A stretch of DNA of 64,000 nucleotides from Alphaproteobacteria bacterium (GTDB lineage: Bacteria > Pseudomonadota > Alphaproteobacteria > Bin95). The notes under the pieces were generated by a model. That model saw only the letters and a list, made by a program, of their open reading frames with translations, ran no database searches and was not told where the DNA came from. The DNA lies in assembly GCA_963665325.3 (NCBI GenBank), contig OZ224045.1:128001-192000 (forward strand). The letters are read 5' to 3'. The position numbers were made by a program, and so were the translations under genes. Positions 10,827-19,730 of this stretch are shown piece after piece. The stretch's first letter is position 1. Each line of letters opens with the position of its first letter.

Positions 10827-11927
10827 TCAGTGGGGCGACCTCGCAGAGCGCAAGGTCAACGCCGTCCCGCCGTCCCGTTCCCCGATGAGGGACTCGAAGG
10901 GATACCCGGCGGCCCATGACGGGGTGTCGATCGTCCACGACAGGCGCCGGCCGTCTTCCGTGGGCTCCGAGACGACGTGGCCGCTGGCGACGGGCTCTTC
11001 AGGGTCTAGCAGGACGGAAAATCGGCTGGCCGCGGGCGGAGCCGGACCGGTTAGCGGCAGGGCCTCGTCCAACGATATGAAGAGGCGGTGCCCGCTCACT
11101 TCGTGGCGGTATCGTTCAAGGGCGCCCTCGGAATTCAGCTCGATCGTGCTGCGGTTCTGATAACCCGGCAGGTCCGCGACGAGAGCGATGCCTTCCGTCC
11201 GCGCCTTGACGTTGAAGGAGAGGCCGGCCCCATCGTCGCTGAGGCGTGTTTCGCCGGCCGCGAAGGACCACTGGCGGAAGGGAAAGACCACGATCTGAAT
11301 CCCGGCGCTGTAGGCCGCCATGAATCGATGCTTCCCCTCGGGGTCGTCTCCGGCGCGGAAGGAGAAGTCTTGACCACCAATTGCCACTTTGTTGCGTGCG
11401 GCCGTCGCGTTGCGCTCCCTGTGGAAGAGCAAGACCAAGAGATCGGCCGAGTGGCCGGATTGATCCGTCAGACCGGCACCGGCCTGTGTCAGCGGCACGT
11501 TTTCGGCATTGATTTCGAGCTCGACGAGGGCGCCCTCAAGGTCGGTGAACGACACAGACACGCTTTGTCCTCCCTCCGATCCGCCCGTGCGCCGATAGTC
11601 GATCTGCCGGTAGTGGAAGTCATCGACGCCTTTGGCGATTCGGCGATCGTCCATGAAGTGGTGCTGGCGCTTCGCGCCCTCGCGCTCGGTGAAGAAGACC
11701 CAGACGAGCCTGTATGGATTGGACGGCGTGTCGATGGACATGACCTCAACAGCTTCGTAGGTCGGATGGCGAGGAAGCCAGACATACCAATGATGGTCGA
11801 AGTAGTGGTGCTCGCTGACCAGGGGAACGGCGGGCGCCGCCTCGCCGCGGCCGCTGGTCGCGCAGGCCACGACGGCTAGCACCAGCACCGCGCCGACCAA
11901 CAGCCGTGAGAGGGATAGAGCAAGCAT
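10827..11927 (-). CDS. Hypothetical exported protein, possibly a lipoprotein
   Basis: Long ORF with hydrophobic N-terminus and lipobox-like LAVVAC; no family recognised. Confidence 0.7.
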   Translation of the reverse strand: MLALSLSRLLVGAVLVLAVVACATSGRGEAAPAVPLVSEHHYFDHHWYVWLPRHPTYEAVEVMSIDTPSNPYRLVWVFFTEREGAKRQHHFMDDRRIAKGVDDFHYRQIDYRRTGGSEGGQSVSVSFTDLEGALVELEINAENVPLTQAGAGLTDQSGHSADLLVLLFHRERNATAARNKVAIGGQDFSFRAGDDPEGKHRFMAAYSAGIQIVVFPFRQWSFAAGETRLSDDGAGLSFNVKARTEGIALVADLPGYQNRSTIELNSEGALERYRHEVSGHRLFISLDEALPLTGPAPPAASRFSVLLDPEEPVASGHVVSEPTEDGRRLSWTIDTPSWAAGYPFESLIGERDGGTALTLRSARSPH

Positions 11928-11991
11928 TTTTCTGTCTCCCGAAGTTTCTTGGTCCTTGCACGGGCGCGTCATGTCCTGGGCCCGCTCGGCA

Positions 11992-12483
11992 CTATTGGCA
12001 GTTGAACCAGGTAAGCCGCGCAGTGGTGTCCGGGTTGTCGAGTTGCTTCCGCGCCATCAGCGAGTAGGGAGAGTCCGGGAGCTCGTCGATCCGGTTCGCC
12101 CCAGGGGATTCGCTGTTGTCCCCGCGGAGCGCCGCCGCCATCGACACCAGGGCGCCCGCGGCGCGCCGTCCCAGCTCGTTGGGGAGCATCGAGAAATCTC
12201 AGTAGACCGTATCGCCAACGTCCGGCCCGGCCCGCACCGGCAGGTCGAACTCGAGCCCTTCGCTGACCGACATGCTGCATGTGCAGCCCGCATACGTCCT
12301 GTTCGGCCCCTCTTTGGTGGGCGGCGTCACAACAACAGCGCGTATGACTGCACCTCCGGCATGCCATCCGGAACACAGGCGAACGGGAAGTGCCGGCCCC
12401 GCCGCCTGACATTCCTGCCACTCCCCTCCAGCCACTAGCGAGCCAGGGCGGAAAAGAAAAATGCTGCTTGGATCAAGATCCAT
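11992..12483 (-). pseudogene. Possible decayed gene with an in-frame TGA
   Basis: ORFs 12199-12483 and 11992-12189 are in the same frame: ...DTVY-TGA-DFSMLPNE... Confidence 0.35.
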
Positions 12484-12649
12484 GCCGCAGCGGAATAACC
12501 GTTCAATTCCTCGTCATGGCCGCTGTCGAAGGCGACGGGCCGAGCGTTGGCCCGGGCAGCTCACTATCGCGAGAGCGGACCTAACCCCCGGGGCCTGCTC
12601 CGGCTCGGGGGCCGGACATGACGGAAAGAGGGTCGGGACGCCAGCCGGC

Positions 12650-14200
12650 TCAGGGGCGGATGGCGAAGCGGGAGGGGCCGCATTGCGTCTCCAGCCGCTG
12701 CTGGTTCCATTCGATCCATTCGCACAGCATGGCGCGGGTCTCGCAGGGGTCGATGAGTTCGTGCATGGAGAAACTTTCCGCGCGCCGCGCCGGAGAGAGC
12801 GTCGCCGCCATGCGCGCCTCGATCTCGGCGCGTTTCGCCTCGGGGTCCTCAGCGGCGGCGATCTCGCGTCCGAAGGCGACCGCGACTCCGCCTTCGAGCG
12901 GCAGCGTGCCCATTTCGGCCGAGGGCCAGCCGAGGACATAGGCGCCGGGGCCGTAATGCGCCGCCTGGGCGACGCCGTACGACTTGCGCACGACGATCGA
13001 GGCCCAGGGCGACCGGCAGGTTGCCGCCGCCAGCACGGCGGACGTGCCGGCCCGGATGGCGCCCTCCTGCTCTGCCTGGCTGCCGATCATGAAGCCCGGC
13101 TCGTCCACGAAGCTGACGATCGGCAGGTTGAAGGTTTCGCAGAACTCGATGAAGCGCCGCGCCTTGCGCGCGCCGTCCGCGGTCATGGCGCCGGCATAGA
13201 AGCGGGAATCGTTGGAAAAGATACCGACGGGATAGCCATTCAGCCGCGCGAGCATGGTCACCTGGCCGGGCCCGTACTGGCGCGACATCTCGAAGACGGA
13301 GCCTCGATCCACGATCATGTCGATGGCGCGGCGCATGTTGAAAAACTTGCGCCGGTTTTCCGGCACGATGCTGCGCAGCGCCTCGTCGGCGCGGGCCGGG
13401 TCGTCGTCCGTCTCGGTGCGGGCCGGGACCTGCCAGACGTTTTGCGGCAGGTACGAAAGGAAGCGCCGGATCTGCGCGAGCGCGTCCGCTTCGTCCTCGG
13501 CGATATTGTCGATGGCGCCGCTTCTTGCATGGACCTGGGCGCCGCCCAGCTCTTCCTTGGTCACGTCTTCGCCGAGGGCCCGCTTGACGACCGCCGGACC
13601 GGCAATCAGCACCTGGGCCGTTTCCTTCGTCATCACCGCGAAATGCGCCGCGACAAGCCGGGAGGCCGGCAGGCCCGCGACCGGGCCCAGCGCCGCCGTC
13701 GCCACCGGCACCGCGCCCATGCACTCGGCCACCGAGGCAAAGCGGCGCGGCGCATGCGGGGGTTCGCCGACCGGGCCGCCGCCGCCGGCGCCGGTGACGC
13801 TGCCGCCGCCGCCCTCATGCAGGCGGACCAGCGGCACGCGGTATTGCAGGGCCAGGTCCTCGATATAGACGCTCTTGCGCAGGCCCGCCGCATTCGGCGA
13901 ACCGCCCCGCACGGTGAAGTCCTCGCCGCCGACCACTGCGAGCCGTCCGTCGATACGGCCCATGCCGACTATGAAATTGGCGGGCGTGATGCTCTTGAGC
14001 GTCCCGTCCGCATTGCGCTCGACCCCGCCCGCACCGCGCCCATGCTCGCGGAAACTGCCCGGATCGACCAGTCCGTCGATGCGTTCGCGGACGGTCAGCC
14101 GCCCCTGCGCATGCTGGCGGGCCACCGCCTCCGCGCCGCCCTGTTCCAGCGCCGCCTTGCGCTTGGCGTGAATATCCTCGATCTCGCGGGACCAGCCCAT
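12650..14200 (-). CDS. Acyl-CoA carboxylase carboxyltransferase (beta) subunit
   Basis: GRLTVRERI, DFTVRGGS, EELGGAQVHA, FVDEPGFMIG motifs. Confidence 0.92.
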   Translation of the reverse strand: MGWSREIEDIHAKRKAALEQGGAEAVARQHAQGRLTVRERIDGLVDPGSFREHGRGAGGVERNADGTLKSITPANFIVGMGRIDGRLAVVGGEDFTVRGGSPNAAGLRKSVYIEDLALQYRVPLVRLHEGGGGSVTGAGGGGPVGEPPHAPRRFASVAECMGAVPVATAALGPVAGLPASRLVAAHFAVMTKETAQVLIAGPAVVKRALGEDVTKEELGGAQVHARSGAIDNIAEDEADALAQIRRFLSYLPQNVWQVPARTETDDDPARADEALRSIVPENRRKFFNMRRAIDMIVDRGSVFEMSRQYGPGQVTMLARLNGYPVGIFSNDSRFYAGAMTADGARKARRFIEFCETFNLPIVSFVDEPGFMIGSQAEQEGAIRAGTSAVLAAATCRSPWASIVVRKSYGVAQAAHYGPGAYVLGWPSAEMGTLPLEGGVAVAFGREIAAAEDPEAKRAEIEARMAATLSPARRAESFSMHELIDPCETRAMLCEWIEWNQQRLETQCGPSRFAIRP

Positions 14201-14285
14201 CGATCCATCCTTGCGTTTTGGGGCTTATATACATGACACGGCCGAAGGAGGGCTTGTTCGAATTCGGTCCGTTATGCCCTCTTCC

Positions 14286-14370
14286 CGTCATGCCCGGACT
14301 TGTTCCGGGCATCTCTCTCGGGCCGGTCGCAGCGGCGGAAATGGATGGCCGGAACAGGTCCGGCCATGAC
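14286..14370. repeat. REP-like palindrome doublet (CGTC-tagged), left copy
   Basis: CGTCATGCCCGGACTTGTTCCGGGCATC ... GATGGCCGGAACAGGTCCGGCCATGAC in inverted arrangement. Confidence 0.85.
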
Positions 14371-14500
14371 CAAAGGGAAGGGGACGGAAGACGCCGCGTG
14401 CCTCCGGAACCTCCGCCAGACTCCCGTTCGGCATCGCCCGATAGCCAGCCCGGACAGCAATGGGCTTGTTCCGGGCATCCACAGGTTGCAGCATGGCCGC

Positions 14501-14788
14501 ATGAGCGGGGGCTGGGTCTATATCATGACCAATCGACCCTACGGCACGCTCTATCTCGGCGTGACCGGCAATATCGCGCGCCGGGCTTGGGAACACCGCG
14601 AAGGCGTTAGTGAAGGGTTCACCAGGCGGTACGGTCTCAAGCGGCTCGTCTTCGCGGAACGCCACGAAGACATCCGTTCCGCCATCCAGCGGGAAAAGAC
14701 CATGAAGCACTGGCCGCGCGCATGGAAGATCAACCTCATCCTCCGGCGAAACCCCGATTGGAACGACCTTTACGAGACCCTGCAGTAA
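14501..14788 (+). CDS. Small GIY-YIG nuclease (YhbQ/UPF0213-like)
   Basis: WVYIM...GTLYLGVT...RRAWEH...FTRRYG...AIQREK..K.W.R.WK..LI...NP.W.DL. Confidence 0.92.
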   Translation: MSGGWVYIMTNRPYGTLYLGVTGNIARRAWEHREGVSEGFTRRYGLKRLVFAERHEDIRSAIQREKTMKHWPRAWKINLILRRNPDWNDLYETLQ

Positions 14789-14850
14789 GCTGCCTGTCGG
14801 TCGCGGATGCCACGATCGGGTCCGTTCCTCTTCCCGTCATGCCCTCTTCC

Positions 14851-14936
14851 CGTCATGCCCGGACTTGTTCCGGGCATCTCGCTCGGGGCCATCGCGGCGG
14901 CGGAAGTGGATGGCCGGAACAAGTCCGGCCATGACG
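14851..14936. repeat. REP-like palindrome doublet, right copy
   Basis: CGTCATGCCCGGACTTGTTCCGGGCATC ... GATGGCCGGAACAAGTCCGGCCATGACG; near-identical to 14286-14370, with extra half-copies at about 14835 and 14950. Confidence 0.85.
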
Positions 14937-15006
14937 GAAGGGGGCGTCCGGGCATGACGGAGGGGACGTTCGGCAATGAGGGGGCGGGGGGTCGGGGCGC
15001 CAGGCG

Positions 15007-15516
15007 TCAATCGGTGCGCTCGATCGCGGAGCGCAGCATTGCGAGGGCGCGTTCGACGGCGGCGCGGCGTATCTCCGCGCGGTTGCCGTCGAGATTGTGC
15101 CTCAAGATCACGGTATCGCCCCCGGCGGACGCGACTGCCAGCCAGACGGTGCCGACCGGCTTTTCAGCAGAACCGCCCCCCGGGCCGGCCACGCCCGTCA
15201 CCGCGACGGCAAGGTCTGCGTCCCGACCGGCGCGGGCGAGCGCGCCTGCGGCCATTTCCTGCGCCGTTTCGCCGCTGACCGCGCCGTGGGCGGCGAGGGT
15301 TTCGGCACTGACGCCCAGCAGTTCCTGCTTGGCTTCGTTGGAATAGGTGACGAAGCCGCGCCCGACGACATCGGAGGATCCCGGTATCTCGGTCAACAGG
15401 GAGGCGATGAGGCCGCCGGTGCAGGATTCGGCAGTGGTCAGCCTCAGTCCCTTCGCGCGGCAGGACTCGAGAAGGCCTTTGGCCGCATCCAGCAGTTCAT
15501 CCGAAAAGAACGCCAT
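15007..15516 (-). CDS. cinA: CinA C-terminal domain protein (NMN deamidase, PncC-like)
   Basis: TAESCTGGL, GSS, TYSNEAK, GAVS, TGVAGPGGG..KPVGTVW motifs. Confidence 0.93.
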   Translation of the reverse strand: MAFFSDELLDAAKGLLESCRAKGLRLTTAESCTGGLIASLLTEIPGSSDVVGRGFVTYSNEAKQELLGVSAETLAAHGAVSGETAQEMAAGALARAGRDADLAVAVTGVAGPGGGSAEKPVGTVWLAVASAGGDTVILRHNLDGNRAEIRRAAVERALAMLRSAIERTD

Positions 15517-15967
15517 GTCCCAGCCCCCAGTCAGCAAGGTGAAGCAGTGCGGCCGCGCAGGCCGCCGCGGCCACGTCGTCGGCCATTACGCCCGGCCCTC
15601 CGGCGACCTTCCGCTCGATCCATCCTATCGGCGGCGGCTTGAGGATGTCGAAAAGGCGGAAAGCGGCAAAGCCGAAGCCGTATGCCAGGGGATCGAGCGG
15701 CAGGGTGGCCAGCACCAGCCATTGCCCCACGACTTCATCGACCACGACCGCGCTGGAGTCACGTTCGCCCGACTCCCGTTCGTACTGCGCGGCCGCGCGG
15801 CAGCCGACGATGCCGACCAGCACGGCCGCAGCCCCCAGCGCCCAGGGCCCGCCCGCCCAGACAATCGCCCAGGCCGGGGGCAGGGCGGCGAGCGAAGCCC
15901 AGCTGCCCGGCGCCGCCGGAAGACGACCCAGCCCGAAAACGGTGGCGACGGGAAGCTCCCACCTCAC
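15497..15967 (-). CDS. pgpA: Phosphatidylglycerophosphatase A
   Basis: APGSWAS, VVDEVVGQW, FRLFDILKP.PI, GVMADD motifs. Confidence 0.93.
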   Translation of the reverse strand: MRWELPVATVFGLGRLPAAPGSWASLAALPPAWAIVWAGGPWALGAAAVLVGIVGCRAAAQYERESGERDSSAVVVDEVVGQWLVLATLPLDPLAYGFGFAAFRLFDILKPPPIGWIERKVAGGPGVMADDVAAAACAAALLHLADWGLGHGVLFG

Positions 15968-17088
15968 GGCAACGCGAGGGTCGCGGTCGCCTGGGCGGCG
16001 ATGCCTTCACCGCGCCCGGTGAAGCCCAGCCTTTCCGAAGTCGTTGCCTTGACCGACACCCGGTCCACCGGAATTGCCAGGATTCGGGCGAGTTCGGCGC
16101 GCATAGCGGCGCGGTGTGGGCCGATCCTCGGCGCCTCGCAGACCAGCGTGACGTCGCAATGCAGGATGCGCCCGCCGCGCGCCGCCGCCATGTCGCGCGC
16201 ATGGCCGAGGAAAACCTCCGAGGCTGCGCCCTTCCATTCCGCGTCGCTCGGCGGGAAATGCTGTCCGATATCGCCTTCGGCCAATGCGCCGAGGATCGCG
16301 TCGGTGAGCGCGTGCATGCCGACATCGGCATCGGAATGGCCGGCCAGCGCCATGTTGTGCGCAATACTGACGCCGCAGAGCGTGACGCTCTCGCCGGGCA
16401 CGAGCCTGTGGACATCGAAGCCGTGGCCGGTGCGGATGTCGGGCCCTGCCAGCCGGGCAACATCGCCGGGCTCCGTGACCTTTTCGAGCCGGGCGTCGCC
16501 CTGCACCACGGCAATGTGCAGCCCGGCGGCTTCGGCGAGCGCCGTGTCGTCGGAAAATGAGGCGGGAGCGGCCTGTCTGTGCGCTTCGAGCAACGCCGGA
16601 TACCGGAACCCCTGAGGCGTCTGGATGCGCCAGAGGCCATCTCGCGAGACGGTGCCGACCGACCGGCCCTCCTCGACGCGCTTCAGCGTATCGGCGACCG
16701 GCAGGCCCGGCGCGGCGCCGTCATGCGCCGCCAGCGCCTCCAGTATCCGCCGCACGACCGCGGCAGGAAGGTCCGGCCTCGCGGCGTCGTGGACCAGGAC
16801 GTATGCCGGCGGGTTGTCGGCGAGCGCCTCCAGGCCGTTGCGGACGCTCGCCTGGCGGTCCGGGCCGCCGAAGATTGGCGCCAGCAGGTCGAGGCCGGCG
16901 GTCGCCGCTTCGTATTGCGCGCAGTCGTCGGGGTGGATGACGCAAGCGACCGGCATGAAGGGGCGCAGGGCCATGGCGGCGGCGCCGAGGACCGTCGTGT
17001 CGCCGAAAGGCAGATACTGTTTCGGCGCCGGGCCGCCGAAGCGCGTTCCCCGGCCTGCTGCGACGATGAGTGCGATACGGTCCTGCAT
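15964..17088 (-). CDS. ispDF: Bifunctional IspD/IspF
   Basis: AAGRGTRFG...KQY, VHDAARP, QTPQGF (IspD); GHGFDVH, GHSDADV, GDIGQHFPP, KATTSERLGFTGR (IspF). Confidence 0.96.
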   Translation of the reverse strand: MQDRIALIVAAGRGTRFGGPAPKQYLPFGDTTVLGAAAMALRPFMPVACVIHPDDCAQYEAATAGLDLLAPIFGGPDRQASVRNGLEALADNPPAYVLVHDAARPDLPAAVVRRILEALAAHDGAAPGLPVADTLKRVEEGRSVGTVSRDGLWRIQTPQGFRYPALLEAHRQAAPASFSDDTALAEAAGLHIAVVQGDARLEKVTEPGDVARLAGPDIRTGHGFDVHRLVPGESVTLCGVSIAHNMALAGHSDADVGMHALTDAILGALAEGDIGQHFPPSDAEWKGAASEVFLGHARDMAAARGGRILHCDVTLVCEAPRIGPHRAAMRAELARILAIPVDRVSVKATTSERLGFTGRGEGIAAQATATLALP

Positions 17089-17208
17089 GACGGCGGAGCA
17101 TATTCCAGAACCGGGGAGGCGGCGCAACGGGCGGGTTGCTGCAATCCATGGTTGATTACCAATTAAGCAATCTCTATTCAGGCGATAAAGTAGGCAATTC
17201 GAGGACTC

Positions 17209-18285
17209 ATGACGGGCCCGGGGGCAATATTATCGGCTTTGAACGCAGCGGTGCTCACAGTGGACCGTGCCGGCGCGGTGACCTCGTTCAATCCTGCTGC
17301 CGAGGGCCTTCTCAATCTTGGCGCGCCGCAAGCGTTGGGGCAGCCGCTTAGCAGGATTCTGCCGGAGGACCATCCGCTTTTCGGCATGATCGACGTCGTA
17401 CGCGAACAGGGCGTCAACCTCACCGAATACGAGGTCGCCATCGAGACGCAGCGCGTGAAGTTGCCCGTAGTGTTGGCGCAATTGTCGCCCGTTGGCGACG
17501 GCCCCGACAGCGTTGCGGTCATGCTCGTGCCGATGACGCTTGCCCGCGAGATCGACAGGCATCTCGCGCATCGCGGCGCGGCGCGGTCCGTTGGCGGCAT
17601 GGCGGCGGTACTCGCCCATGAAATCAAGAATCCGCTCGCCGGAATCCGGGGCGCGGCGCAGCTTATCGAGGCGAATGTGGATGCCGGCGACAGGGAGCTG
17701 GCGGCGCTTATCCGCGACGAGGCGGACCGGGTCGCGGCGCTGGTCAACCGCATGGAGGCGTTCGCGGGCCCCGACGGGCTGGAGCGCAAGCCGGTCAATA
17801 TCCACGAGGTTCTGAACCGGGTGCGTAAAGTGTCCCAGACAGGATTCGCTTCGGGAATCGCCTTTGTCGAGGAATACGACCCGTCGCTGCCTCCCGTTCC
17901 GGGCGACCACGACCGGTTGGTGCAGGTGTTTCTCAACCTGGTGAAGAACGCTGCCGACGCCTGCCCCGAAGAGGGCGGCGAGATCCTGTTGCGCACAGTC
18001 TATCGCCACGGGGAGCGGCTGGCGGTTTCGGGAAGCGGCAGGCGCGTGCACCTGCCGCTGGAGGTCTCGGTCCAGGACAATGGCGCCGGTATTCCCGAAG
18101 AGTTGCACAGGACGCTCTTCGACCCGTTTGTGACCGGCAGGCAAGGCGGGCAGGGGCTCGGCCTCGCGCTTGTCGCCAAGATCGTGGACGAGCATGCAGG
18201 CGCCGTAGCTTTCGAGAGCGAGCCCCGACGCACTGTCTTTCGCGTTCTGTTGCCTATAGACACCGAGGAAGGAGGTGCACGGTGA
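17209..18285 (+). CDS. ntrB: Nitrogen regulation sensor kinase NtrB
   Basis: PAS region, [33 protein letters not shown]; upstream of ntrC. Confidence 0.93.
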   Translation: MTGPGAILSALNAAVLTVDRAGAVTSFNPAAEGLLNLGAPQALGQPLSRILPEDHPLFGMIDVVREQGVNLTEYEVAIETQRVKLPVVLAQLSPVGDGPDSVAVMLVPMTLAREIDRHLAHRGAARSVGGMAAVLAHEIKNPLAGIRGAAQLIEANVDAGDRELAALIRDEADRVAALVNRMEAFAGPDGLERKPVNIHEVLNRVRKVSQTGFASGIAFVEEYDPSLPPVPGDHDRLVQVFLNLVKNAADACPEEGGEILLRTVYRHGERLAVSGSGRRVHLPLEVSVQDNGAGIPEELHRTLFDPFVTGRQGGQGLGLALVAKIVDEHAGAVAFESEPRRTVFRVLLPIDTEEGGAR

Positions 18286-19730
18286 GTGCCACCGTTCTTG
18301 TCGCCGACGACGACCGCGCCGTGCGCACCGTGCTGAGCCATGCGCTCGGACGGGCAGGCTACGAAGTGAAGGCGACCAGCAACGCCGCGACCCTGTGGCA
18401 CTGGGTTCAGGACGGCGAGGGTGACCTGGTGATAACCGACGTGGTGATGCCCGACGAGAACGGCCTCGACCTCGTGCCCCGGATTCGCCGGCGAAGGCCG
18501 GAGCTGCGTGTGATCGTGATGAGCGCCAGATCGACCCTGCAGACCGCCGTCACGGCGGCGGAGCGCGGTGCTTTCGAATATCTGCCCAAGCCTTTCGACA
18601 TTACGGAGCTGATCGGAATTGTGAAGCGGGCCCTGAGCGCCCCGCTTGCGGAGCCGCCCGCCGACCTGGAGGAGGACGAGGCCGACCGCCTGCCGTTGAT
18701 CGGCCGTTCGCCGGCCATGCAGGAAATCTACCGGGTCGTTGCCCGCCTGGTCGGCGTGGACCTCACGGTGACGATCACGGGCGAGTCCGGGACGGGGAAG
18801 GAGCTGATCGCGCGCGCCCTGCACGATTATGGCAGCCGGCGCAACGGGCCGTTCGTTGCGATCAACATGGCCGCGATCCCGAAGGACCTCATCGAAGCCG
18901 AACTGTTCGGGCATGAGCGCGGCGCCTTCACCGGTGCCTCGCAGCGCATGGCCGGACGCTTCGAGCAGGCCGACGGCGGCACGCTGTTTCTGGACGAGAT
19001 CGGCGACATGCCGATGGAAGCGCAGACCCGGCTCCTGCGCGTGTTGCAGGAAGGCGAATACACCCGCGTCGGAGGCCGGCAGCCGCTCCGCGCCAATGTC
19101 CGGATCGTGGCGGCCACCCACCGCGACCTGCGCCTCTCCATCCGGCAGGGTCTGTTTCGCGAAGACCTGTTCTACCGGCTGAACGTGGTGCCGCTGCGCG
19201 TGCCGCCGCTGCGCCAGCGCCGCGAGGACATCCCCGAACTCGTCGCCCATTTCCTCGCCGTTGCGCGCCGCGAAGGGCTTGGAGCCAAGACGATCGACAG
19301 TGAGGCGATGCGCCGTCTCCGCGCCTGGTCCTGGCCGGGCAATGTTCGCGAGCTCGAAAACCTGATCCGCCGGGTCGCAGCCCTTTATCCCCAGGACACG
19401 GTCGGCGTCGATATCGTCGAGGCGGAACTGGCGGAAATCGCCGGGGAGCCGTCCGATGAATCGCCGGTGCGGGCGGAACAAGCCGAGTCGCTCAGCGAAG
19501 CGGTGGACATCCACCTGCGCAACCATTTCCGGCTCCACGGCGACAGTCTCCCGGAACCCGGCCTCTACGAACGGATCCTCCGCGAGGTGGAACGCCCCCT
19601 GATCCAGCACTGCCTCGCCGCGACGAACGGCAACCAGATCAAATCGGCCGAGATCCTGGGCCTCAACCGGAATACGCTGCGCAAGAAAATCCGGTATCTG
19701 GAGATCCCGGTGGTCCGCGGCCTGCACTGA
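18282..19730 (+). CDS. ntrC: Nitrogen regulation response regulator NtrC
   Basis: Receiver domain, [15 protein letters not shown]-terminal [20 protein letters not shown]. Confidence 0.96.
   Translation: MSATVLVADDDRAVRTVLSHALGRAGYEVKATSNAATLWHWVQDGEGDLVITDVVMPDENGLDLVPRIRRRRPELRVIVMSARSTLQTAVTAAERGAFEYLPKPFDITELIGIVKRALSAPLAEPPADLEEDEADRLPLIGRSPAMQEIYRVVARLVGVDLTVTITGESGTGKELIARALHDYGSRRNGPFVAINMAAIPKDLIEAELFGHERGAFTGASQRMAGRFEQADGGTLFLDEIGDMPMEAQTRLLRVLQEGEYTRVGGRQPLRANVRIVAATHRDLRLSIRQGLFREDLFYRLNVVPLRVPPLRQRREDIPELVAHFLAVARREGLGAKTIDSEAMRRLRAWSWPGNVRELENLIRRVAALYPQDTVGVDIVEAELAEIAGEPSDESPVRAEQAESLSEAVDIHLRNHFRLHGDSLPEPGLYERILREVERPLIQHCLAATNGNQIKSAEILGLNRNTLRKKIRYLEIPVVRGLH

Noticed and set aside
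12199-12201. In-frame TGA as possible selenocysteine
   Set aside because: No redox motif context and no SECIS-like hairpin that I can support
14274-14960. Repeats considered as a CRISPR array
   Set aside because: Palindromic doublets in inverted orientation, no regular repeat-spacer period and no cas genes
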